Shown: piece after piece, positions 56,208 to 64,000 of the stretch | Numbering within the stretch: the first letter of the stretch is position 1 | How the letters are laid out: every line of letters starts with the position of its first letter | Program-made: the position numbers and the translations under genes | Notes under the pieces: generated by a model | Told to the model about the DNA's origin: nothing | What the model saw: the letters and a program-made list of their open reading frames with translations, nothing else | Database searches by the model: none | NCBI GenBank assembly: GCA_965116925.1 | Contig: OZ220744.1 | Span: forward strand, 6,048,001 to 6,112,000 | Length of the DNA stretch: 64,000 nucleotides | Direction of reading: 5' to 3' | Origin: Candidatus Poribacteria bacterium | Lineage (GTDB): Bacteria > Poribacteria > WGA-4E > PCPOR2b

Positions 56208-57182
56208 ATGAATTTTACGAGGATCAACGAACCTCTACCGGAAGAGCTTATCCAAGAGTTGACCGTATTTTGGGAAGAAATTTTCGGCACCTCCTATGAA
56301 GATTTCAAACCCATCTTCGCCGGCGATGAAACCGAAGACAACGAGGATATCCTCTACCTGATGCGGGAGAGCGAGGACTTGGCGGGCACGTCCCATCTCA
56401 CCGTTGGCAAGGCAGCACCGCGATTGGGGGGATTGGGAGAGGTGGCGACGCCGCCTGCGTTTCGTCGTCAAGGGATCGCTGCCCAGCTCTGTGAAGCCGC
56501 CCTCGACGATTTTCGCAAACAGGGGGGTGAGGCGTTCTTTCTCGGCACAGGTAACCCCGCGGCAGCACGGATATATTATCGGCTCGGCTGGCGGAAACTC
56601 GCCGGTGCCAATGTGATGGTGCTAATCGTATCCGGAAATTCACCAGAGGCGTTTCTAGTGGACTACTTCAGGGAAGCTGAGGGACAGATCACTATTGTAC
56701 CGGGAACGGCAATGCAACGGATCCCTATGATTCCATTAATCGTTTGTCCGCACGATTGGCAGGTGTTGGACGCCAACGCTGGCATATTTTCGACGCGCTA
56801 TGCAGTACAATCGTCATGTATGGGGTTGTACCCGAAATACGATGCGCTCATCCAAGGACAGAGTGGTGCATGGTTTGGGGCACAAATGGACAGCGGTCAT
56901 CTGATTGGACTGGCTACTGCACGCCTTGATGGATCGGGTGTGTGCCATGTGGATGGTTTTACGCATCAACGATGTTTGGAGACTTGGGCGGATTTAATAC
57001 AGGCGGCAATGGACTGGGGTGCTGACCGTGGGGCGACGGAGTGGCGCGGAACCCTCTCGGTGGAAGATGAGGACAAGCGGTCGCTGTTTGAGTCGTTGGG
57101 ATTTGAGGTGGCTGGAGAGGGTGAGGCGTTTACGTTGAGAGAACGGCGGGTGCCATCGGTACTACTGAAGCGATCTGCCTAA
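56208..57182 (+). CDS. Tandem GNAT N-acetyltransferase
   Basis: VATPPAFRRQGIA motif A, NPAAARIYYRLGW; second GNAT-like domain (LFESLGF). Confidence 0.88.
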   Translation: MNFTRINEPLPEELIQELTVFWEEIFGTSYEDFKPIFAGDETEDNEDILYLMRESEDLAGTSHLTVGKAAPRLGGLGEVATPPAFRRQGIAAQLCEAALDDFRKQGGEAFFLGTGNPAAARIYYRLGWRKLAGANVMVLIVSGNSPEAFLVDYFREAEGQITIVPGTAMQRIPMIPLIVCPHDWQVLDANAGIFSTRYAVQSSCMGLYPKYDALIQGQSGAWFGAQMDSGHLIGLATARLDGSGVCHVDGFTHQRCLETWADLIQAAMDWGADRGATEWRGTLSVEDEDKRSLFESLGFEVAGEGEAFTLRERRVPSVLLKRSA

Positions 57183-57208
57183 AGATTTGCTGCGTTGAGG
57201 TTTTAAGA

Positions 57209-57435
57209 GTAGGTTGGGTTGAACGGAACCAACCAAAAATACTATACATTACGCTTGGACTTCGATGCTCAATTTTGCTGTGAAGTCTCATAAATAGAGT
57301 GAAACCCAACGCTTGATTGTGGATTGGATTATATGTTGGGTTTCACTGTATTTATCTGTTGAGCAGGTATTGTTGAAAGGCGGCACTTTATTATCGTTGA
57401 TATGGATTCTCGCTTAACTGTTCAACCCAACCTAC
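57209..57435. repeat. Family C inverted doublet (REPIN-like, 227 bp)
   Basis: gtaggttgggttgaac...gtgaaacccaac / gttgggtttcac...gttcaacccaacctac, between convergent genes. Confidence 0.85.
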
Positions 57436-57466
57436 ACCACTAGGGAAGTGGTAACACGGGTTATTT

Positions 57467-58312
57467 CTAAGTCCAGGCAGTCTTCCTTGATATGTGTTCT
57501 TCGTGCTGATCACGACGGGGCGGAATTTCTGTTCCCCTCAATTCACGTATCAACTCAATCAGTCCTTCCGTTGCTGCCTCCAAGAATTTTTCCCCTTTTT
57601 CCACAGTGGCTTTGGTTGCATCGCCTAACACGCCGCTTGCGGTCTGCGAACTCCAATACGGTATCAAACGCGCAGCCGACCCTTCGGGATGTGTGCCTGC
57701 GAGCAGATCTGTTTTGAAGCTTGGCGGCAGCGGCGACCTTTCATCGACCGCCCGACTCATATCGACCAGATCCGGTTTTAAGGCGAGATAGAGAGCGGTT
57801 TCATATTCTCCTCCGTGTGATGTCCCACCATACTCAGAATCCCTGACCTCGGCACCGACATCCTTAATTTTGCGTACGTCCCAATGGTTCACTGAACCGC
57901 AGAGGATCTGTCCTTCGTATTCGATATTCGTTAACCGCGCTGCGAGGTCGAGGGGAGAGGCGTTGCTGCCGTGACCGTTGACAATGAGGATCCGCTTAAA
58001 TCCGTGATGGGCAAGGCTGCAACAGACATCCCTGACGTACTTGATAAAGGTGTCCCAACCGATGGTGAGTGTTCCGTGAAAATCCATGTGGTGGGGGCTA
58101 TAACCGTGCGGGACCGGCGGCGCAAGCACCGCCTCCGATGGGATACGCGCTACGGCGCGTTCACAGATGCCCGTACAAAGGACGACATCCGTATCAACAG
58201 GGAGGTGGGGACCATGGTCTTCATACGTTGCAACGGGGAGGACGGCGACACGATCTTGTTCGGCAGCCTCTTTGGTTTCGTACCAAATCATTTCAGCGAA
58301 GCGATATTTCAC
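57467..58312 (-). CDS. Creatininase family amidohydrolase
   Basis: EDHGPHLPVDTD, SPHH, NGHGSN, HGGEYET; GTG start after aaggag. Confidence 0.93.
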   Translation of the reverse strand: MKYRFAEMIWYETKEAAEQDRVAVLPVATYEDHGPHLPVDTDVVLCTGICERAVARIPSEAVLAPPVPHGYSPHHMDFHGTLTIGWDTFIKYVRDVCCSLAHHGFKRILIVNGHGSNASPLDLAARLTNIEYEGQILCGSVNHWDVRKIKDVGAEVRDSEYGGTSHGGEYETALYLALKPDLVDMSRAVDERSPLPPSFKTDLLAGTHPEGSAARLIPYWSSQTASGVLGDATKATVEKGEKFLEAATEGLIELIRELRGTEIPPRRDQHEEHISRKTAWT

Positions 58313-58351
58313 TGTTTTCTCCTTGATTTCGGGAGGGTATAATAGCCCAAA

Positions 58352-58411
58352 GTGGTAGGCATCGTGCCGTAATTTGCACAATAGTTACGGCATACGGAGT
58401 ATGCCTACTAC
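58352..58411. repeat. GTAG-REP-like inverted doublet
   Basis: gtggtaggcatcgtgccgtaa...ttacggcatacggagtatgcctactac. Confidence 0.75.
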
Positions 58412-58430
58412 TATAATTAAGGTCTCTTTA

Positions 58431-59552
58431 TCAGGTGCAAATTTCAACCGTCGGCGGCTTTGCGTAGCACTGATAGTGGGATTCGACCTCCGCCTCCGGC
58501 GTGATGCCTTCGTGAACGTAGGCACGGAATTGGAGACGGACGTTGTCGTGCGGTGGATGGTGAAGGATGCTCATCTGTTGTTGAACGGCGATCTCCCCGA
58601 AGAAGCCGGGGTGTTCGATATTTTCCGGGTGATCAAACAGCGCGAGTCCATTCACGCCATCTCCGACGGTGCCGCCGAGATCACACCAACGCGCCCGCTG
58701 ATGATGCACCTCCTGCCGACCGATCAGTCCCTCCGAATTTTCGACATGCCCTTCGTCCGGTAGGTTCATGGATGGATTCATCCGTGCTACGAAGAGAAAC
58801 TGCCGGTCTCCAATGTCCAGTGGCGGCGTGGTTTCGTGGGTAATATCTAAGAAACGTCTCCCATTATCAGCGTACCAAGCGCGCGCTGTTCGGGTTTCGG
58901 TGAGGATCTGGTCGCCGTTTCCCTTGACGTAGATCAGATCTTCCACAAATTCCGCATACACCGGGCCAGCGGTGAGCCTGATAAACCGTTGGTGCAGCAT
59001 TTTCCCGCAGGGACCGTAGGGCGGTTCATCCCAATCCGACCAGATGTTTGCCGATCCGCCCTCGCCATGCCCGCCGTAAGCGAGGTAGAGCCCTGTGTGA
59101 TGTGGGTGATCGCCGCCGCCTGCGCCACGCACAACCGTGCCGTGATTTCCGTTCACAGGCCAGAAATACGGCTTCCAGATCCCCAAGAAATTGTATCGTG
59201 CGAACACCTGGTTATCGACAGTGATCAGGAGATGGGCAGGTTTCTGCTCAATAGCGTAGCGGCTGTTAGGGGGAAGATCGGTAGCGCGGATAGCATACCA
59301 TGCAGATTCTCCGGCATCCAGAGAGCCGGTCTGCCAAGCCAACTCACGGATTGTGGGCTCAAACTGAGCGGGAATCTCGGTATCTAGCGAAGATCCATCC
59401 GCATCGGTTTGAGTAATGGCGAGTGTCGAAACTCCCTCCTGCCAATTGGGGAAGTGGTCTTTGGGGTTGAAAGGAAATCGGATGAGGTCGTTTTTTCGGT
59501 CTATAGAGCCGGCATTGACTTTGACGATGAGGGTGTTTGGATTTTGTCTCAA
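58431..59552 (-). CDS. DUF6807 / 'PmoA-like' beta-sandwich protein
   Basis: KPYFWPV, DHPHHTGL, ARWCD, FDHPEN motifs. Confidence 0.75.
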   Translation of the reverse strand: MRQNPNTLIVKVNAGSIDRKNDLIRFPFNPKDHFPNWQEGVSTLAITQTDADGSSLDTEIPAQFEPTIRELAWQTGSLDAGESAWYAIRATDLPPNSRYAIEQKPAHLLITVDNQVFARYNFLGIWKPYFWPVNGNHGTVVRGAGGGDHPHHTGLYLAYGGHGEGGSANIWSDWDEPPYGPCGKMLHQRFIRLTAGPVYAEFVEDLIYVKGNGDQILTETRTARAWYADNGRRFLDITHETTPPLDIGDRQFLFVARMNPSMNLPDEGHVENSEGLIGRQEVHHQRARWCDLGGTVGDGVNGLALFDHPENIEHPGFFGEIAVQQQMSILHHPPHDNVRLQFRAYVHEGITPEAEVESHYQCYAKPPTVEICT

Positions 59553-59690
59553 CGGTTTGCTCCTTGCGTGGGAAATCGTGGCGATAGGTATAATGAAACC
59601 TTATTTGAGCAGATAGTATCACAGTAACTGATAACGGTCAAGTTGAAACCAAGAAATCGAAAATATTGGTGCGGATTGAGAATAGGTTTA

Positions 59691-59699
59691 TGGTATAAT
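59691..59699 (+). promoter_or_regulatory. Extended -10 promoter element
   Basis: TGGTATAAT about 100 bp upstream of the 59800 start. Confidence 0.4.
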
Positions 59700-59799
59700 C
59701 CTCTGAGTAACGAAACAGATTGGAAACGCCTCCACCTATTGCAACATCGGAAGAACCGTCTACAGATTTTTCTATCCCCCTACAGAAAGGAGAGATTCG

Positions 59800-61338
59800 A
59801 TGAATCTGAATCTACCGGAGGTCGCCGTGCCGGACCGGATTAGCCTAGTCCAACCGATAACAGCAAATGAGCGGACGACCATCGCCAACTTGGAAGGTCC
59901 GGGCTGCATACGACATCTCTGGGCGACAGCGGGGCGCGAGGGAAACGGACGGCAGGTTATCATTCGCATCTATTTCGACGAAGAACCTGTTCCCTACATT
60001 GAGGCACCGTTTGGAGACTTTTTTGGGGTGATGCACGGGCTGCCTTGGTATCCGGTGAACAATCGCTATCTATCCGTGCAAGGCTTCAGCGGTTACAACT
60101 GTTATTTCGATATGCCTTTCGCCCGATCCGCCCGAATCGAGGTGGAATGTGGAATGGAAGACAGTACGATTATTATGTTCATCAACTGGCACCGCTTTCC
60201 GGATCAGGAACTAGAAGAACCACGCCGTTTCTGTGCCCGATGGCGGCGCGAGGCACCGACGGAACGCTACGGTGAAGATTTTCTCCTGCTGGATGCGGAC
60301 GGACCGGGTCAACTGATCGGGTTCGTCTACGGTGTGCGGCTTTATGATGATACCGACCGCTGGAGTCACGGCGGTGGAGACAACATCTACATAGATGGTG
60401 ATGGGGATCACCCCGCCTACCTTCGAGGGATTGGAGGCGAAGATACATTCGGCTCGTCGTACGGTGGGGCATTACATACGCCTGAAACGCATCTCTATGC
60501 CGGTTTGCCCTACTATACACACGCGGATGTCGGTCAAGCCCGACCCGCACAGCGATTGGTGGGTTATCGGTTCTTTGAGCGGGACAGTATCGAGTTCAGG
60601 AAGTCGATCCATGTCCGGTTCGGTTCAATGCAAAATGACATCTGTTCGACGTCGTACTGGTATCAGGAGGGACCGGTCAGGCCCTTTTTTGAGATGCCGG
60701 ATTGGGAACTGCTCCAGCCCGCCGAGCGATTCGAGGCACCGTGGGGCGAGCTTCCTAGGGGAACCTACGACCTTCCGCTGCCGGACAGCGGAAGTTGGTG
60801 GGTATGCGGACCGTTCTGGAATCGGGACGAGCGTGCGATGGAAGCGGATCTGGATGCAGAAACCGATTTCGATCCCGAAGCGACTTTCGACGGTATGCAC
60901 GACGAGGATTCTCCTTGGCTGACGGAGGGATCCCGGGAACTCGGCAGGGATGTCTCCCACTGGAAAAAGCAGCGCGCGCTCCGTGGATTCGTAGATTTCA
61001 ATCACGTCTTTCGTCCCCACATCTTAGGGACACCCAGCCACAGTCGGGATGCTGCAGCTATCGCGAGATGTGTGCTAGAAGTGACAGAGGACACAAGGGC
61101 GAGTATCCGCTTGGCGTGGGATGACCGACTCATCCTTCGGGTTAATGGGGACGAGCGAATGGATATGGGACATCACGACGCCTTCCGGGCGCGGACGGTT
61201 CAGGCTGATCTGAAAAAAGGTCGCAACGTGATTGTTCTCAAATTAAGCAATACGTTGGGATCTAACTACTGTGGTTGGACGTTTGCGTTTCGCGCCACGT
61301 TGCCCGATGGCAGCATCTTAATCCCCCGTGCGGAATAA
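59800..61338 (+). CDS. DUF2961 (GH172-like) protein with C-terminal beta-sandwich
   Basis: GPGCIRHLW, EAPFGDFFG, NCYFDMPF, GGEDTFG, YRFF, SYWYQ. Confidence 0.85.
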   Translation: MNLNLPEVAVPDRISLVQPITANERTTIANLEGPGCIRHLWATAGREGNGRQVIIRIYFDEEPVPYIEAPFGDFFGVMHGLPWYPVNNRYLSVQGFSGYNCYFDMPFARSARIEVECGMEDSTIIMFINWHRFPDQELEEPRRFCARWRREAPTERYGEDFLLLDADGPGQLIGFVYGVRLYDDTDRWSHGGGDNIYIDGDGDHPAYLRGIGGEDTFGSSYGGALHTPETHLYAGLPYYTHADVGQARPAQRLVGYRFFERDSIEFRKSIHVRFGSMQNDICSTSYWYQEGPVRPFFEMPDWELLQPAERFEAPWGELPRGTYDLPLPDSGSWWVCGPFWNRDERAMEADLDAETDFDPEATFDGMHDEDSPWLTEGSRELGRDVSHWKKQRALRGFVDFNHVFRPHILGTPSHSRDAAAIARCVLEVTEDTRASIRLAWDDRLILRVNGDERMDMGHHDAFRARTVQADLKKGRNVIVLKLSNTLGSNYCGWTFAFRATLPDGSILIPRAE

Positions 61339-61357
61339 CGGAAAGTGAGGTTGGTAC

Positions 61358-62152
61358 ATGAAGGATAATGAAGGGTTGCACTGGTCGTTTGATTACAACT
61401 ACGGTGCACAAAATCCCGATTTCACACAGCAATTGGTCGAAACGTTCCTCAGATGTTATGCGGAACCCAAAACAGACCGAACGGGTGCCGAAACCACTGA
61501 GCATATTTACGATATATTTCCAAATTATTGGCGTGGCTACGCGATAAGAGAGCATTTGCAAGATAATCTAAGCCTCGGCGAGGCAATTATCAAACGGCAA
61601 CGGACGGACGATGCACGCTGGCACTACACGATTCAATACACTAACACGACGAGCGGTGAAGAGTTGCAACTCCGTTTTCATACTGCTGACGATATGTATC
61701 GATCGCTCACAGGTAAGTGGGACATCCAAGCACAGAACGACTGTCAGGACAGCTATTCTACATTCGCTTGTGAAGGGCAGCGGGTTACCGACGAGATTCG
61801 ACTAACTGTCAACCACGCTGAGATTACCGTGGGTCAGGTACAGAAAGATGTACCGTTCACCTGCAACTGGGCACTGTTCGATGTAATTCCTGCACTCAGT
61901 GGAGCAATTCAGGAATCAGGTGAAGTCGTGGAAATGGCGGTTCTAGAAGACCTTGAGAAGCTGAGACCTCTGAACCGCATCGGCTTTCTCGAATCAATCC
62001 AGCTGCACGAAACGCCACTCAACGGCTATTACCTATACGGAGAAGGGCTTCTCCCGTCCTACTGGTGGCTCGATACCCACGGCAACGTGACTATTTCTGC
62101 TAACTTCTTCCAAACCTTTGTGCTCAAAGAGATAGTGGGAGGCAGCGCATGA
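61358..62152 (+). CDS. Hypothetical protein, translationally coupled to the sulfatase
   Basis: 264-aa ORF with RBS gagg; ATGA overlap with the next gene. Confidence 0.7.
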   Translation: MKDNEGLHWSFDYNYGAQNPDFTQQLVETFLRCYAEPKTDRTGAETTEHIYDIFPNYWRGYAIREHLQDNLSLGEAIIKRQRTDDARWHYTIQYTNTTSGEELQLRFHTADDMYRSLTGKWDIQAQNDCQDSYSTFACEGQRVTDEIRLTVNHAEITVGQVQKDVPFTCNWALFDVIPALSGAIQESGEVVEMAVLEDLEKLRPLNRIGFLESIQLHETPLNGYYLYGEGLLPSYWWLDTHGNVTISANFFQTFVLKEIVGGSA

Positions 62153-63609
62153 GCAAACGACCGAATATCCTCTTTATCAATACAGATCAGCAATCTTGGA
62201 ACGCTGTTTCTGCTTATGGAAATCCATACCTACGCACGCCGAACATTGACCGCCTCCACCGAAACGGTACATCTTTTATGCGTTCTTACTGTAGTGACCC
62301 GGTATGTGCTGCGACGCGATCGAGTTGGGCGACGGGACTTTATACTTCGGAGACGGGGGTGCCCTTTAACGGTGGATATATTCATGAGGAAATTCAGGAT
62401 ATTGGACAGGTTCTGAATTCCAATGGATACAAGGCTTTCCACTGTGGCAAATGGCATGTGCCGGGTAGGAATGTGCGCGAAAGTTTCCACACCCTGTACT
62501 ATGGGAAGCGCGACATCGGTGCGGGTGGTGGAGAGTATTACGATTCAGCTTCTACACACGCTGTGGTAGATTTTCTGACAACCTACGACGGTGACGCGCC
62601 ATTCTATCTACAAATTGGCTACGTCAATCCGCACGATGTGTGTGAATATTTGCATAACCATGAGGAGAAGTGCGTCCCAAATCCGTTGCAGCAAGGAATT
62701 GTCGCTGAAGATGAATTGCCGCCGCTACCCGAAAACTTCCATTACGATGAAAACGAGACAGTGCTGCAGCGGGTCTGCCGCAGAACCGATGATGCCCTCA
62801 TTCATTCGGCAATTCTGAATGGAGTGCGGGATTGGGATGAGCTCCATTGGCGGTATCTTATCTGGAATTATTACCGATTCATCGAGAAGGTTGATGCGGA
62901 GATCGGGATTGTACTCAACGTACTCCAACAGACACCTTTCTGCGAGGACACGGTTATCGTCTTCAGTGCAGATCACGGCGAAGCGTGTGGAAGCCATCAG
63001 ATGTTTCAGAAGTTCACGCTATACGAGGAAAGCATCCGTGTCCCGTTCATCATTGCTTGCTTAGGTGACGGTGTGCCCGTGCAGAAAAATCGTTTCGATA
63101 GAGAACATTTTATCTCTGGTGTGGATCTTGTCCCCACAGTTTATGACTATGCTGGCGTAGATGCAACGGAAGATGTACAAGTCAATCGCAGCGATGCCCC
63201 AAGGTTCGGAGGCATGAGCGTGCGCCCGCTCGCAGAGGGCGATGAAGTGCCTTGGCGCGACTTTGCTTATGTGGAGAGCAACTACTGGGGACGGGCGGTT
63301 GTCGCGGACAGATATAAATATGTCACGGAGTATAAGCCCGCTGACCCGGAGGATTTCCGTCCGCCGGGACCGGACGCATCGCGTCTTGGACGTGCGCAGC
63401 TTTTCGATTTACAGGAAGATCCGTGGGAAACGCAGAATTTGGTGAGTCAGTCAGGATACGAAAATGTAATTGATTCGTGTCGTGCAAATCTGCTTGCCCA
63501 TGAAGCCACGCTGAACCGATGGCAGATTGAGCATCCCAATCCGCGCAATGTCATATCTAATTGGGGGACATCTCTGCGAGCCTACTGGGACGGCTTATCC
63601 GCGTCCTAA
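62149..63609 (+). CDS. Sulfatase (Cys-type, CxAxR variant)
   Basis: PNILFINTDQQ, PVCAATR, GKWH, NPHD, ADHGE, LFDLQEDPWE. Confidence 0.93.
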   Translation: MSKRPNILFINTDQQSWNAVSAYGNPYLRTPNIDRLHRNGTSFMRSYCSDPVCAATRSSWATGLYTSETGVPFNGGYIHEEIQDIGQVLNSNGYKAFHCGKWHVPGRNVRESFHTLYYGKRDIGAGGGEYYDSASTHAVVDFLTTYDGDAPFYLQIGYVNPHDVCEYLHNHEEKCVPNPLQQGIVAEDELPPLPENFHYDENETVLQRVCRRTDDALIHSAILNGVRDWDELHWRYLIWNYYRFIEKVDAEIGIVLNVLQQTPFCEDTVIVFSADHGEACGSHQMFQKFTLYEESIRVPFIIACLGDGVPVQKNRFDREHFISGVDLVPTVYDYAGVDATEDVQVNRSDAPRFGGMSVRPLAEGDEVPWRDFAYVESNYWGRAVVADRYKYVTEYKPADPEDFRPPGPDASRLGRAQLFDLQEDPWETQNLVSQSGYENVIDSCRANLLAHEATLNRWQIEHPNPRNVISNWGTSLRAYWDGLSAS

Positions 63610-63640
63610 AACTGCTCACAGGTGCACTAGGAATCGTGGG

Positions 63641-63991
63641 TCATTCTGCCGAAACAACGAAACCGCTTCCTTCGTCAACCACACGGATTTCGAGCGCGTT
63701 CCCATAACGCAGCAAACCGTAACTCAATCGCGTCAGATAAAAAATGCGTGTTGTGGCTCTTACAAGCGACAGCGGTTTTTGAAGCGAATCCCTCCATCTT
63801 TTCTTACTGAAGACGGGGAGCACAATTGAAGCCATATGAACAGAAACGCAGGCAAACATATCTAGGGCGAACGCAAGGAGAAGGAGAAGCGGAAGGGGAA
63901 TCCAGATATTCCGTTCCGGTTTGGCTGCATCTCCGTTGAGGATGCGAACTCTTAGAACGAATGCGACACGCCGACGACTCGACCTACTCAT
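63641..63991 (-). CDS. Small hypothetical membrane protein
   Basis: RBS ggagg upstream; hydrophobic IWIPLPLLLLLAFAL segment. Confidence 0.55.
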   Translation of the reverse strand: MSRSSRRRVAFVLRVRILNGDAAKPERNIWIPLPLLLLLAFALDMFACVSVHMASIVLPVFSKKRWRDSLQKPLSLVRATTRIFYLTRLSYGLLRYGNALEIRVVDEGSGFVVSAE

Positions 63992-64000
63992 TTTCCCTCC

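Noticed and set aside
57467..58312. Creatininase as mycofactocin MftE of a RiPP cluster
   Set aside because: No precursor peptide, radical SAM enzyme or MftB/D genes nearby.
58431..59552. 'PmoA' label suggesting methane oxidation
   Set aside because: A soluble DUF6807-type protein with no membrane helices and no pmoB/pmoC; the family name is misleading.
541..63829. Numerous short antisense or alternate-frame ORFs in the track
   Set aside because: They lie within well-supported genes and lack recognisable motifs; treated as shadow ORFs.

Overview
A 64 kb stretch of a diderm bacterial chromosome. The gene content (UBact-type proteasome operon, three sulfatases, PhyH/2OG oxygenases, three Gfo/Idh/MocA oxidoreductases, NHL/WD40/PQQ-like propellers) resembles Candidatus Poribacteria, but that assignment is inference only. 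I found no rRNA, tRNA, CRISPR array or transposase. Main contents: (1) a complete arc-dop-ubact-prcB-prcA-pafA tagging and proteasome operon (9455-16073, minus strand) whose ATPase lacks the usual GQYL docking tail; (2) a remodelled DnaA paralog with no domain I, no arginine finger and a rewritten DNA-recognition helix, far from dnaN or DnaA boxes; (3) a stand-alone PolX N-terminal module lacking the lyase lysine; (4) many sugar-acid and sulfated-glycan catabolic genes; (5) a small AT-rich islet (33.0-35.5 kb) in which unrelated genes, including an HNH nuclease, share a duplicated 48-bp leader; (6) a dense set of miniature palindromic elements in many intergenic gaps. These elements appear modular: several inverted-repeat 'shell' families carry interchangeable GTAG-REP-like hairpins, one sits nested inside another's hairpin loop, and one perfect 28-bp palindrome lies in frame inside a gene.
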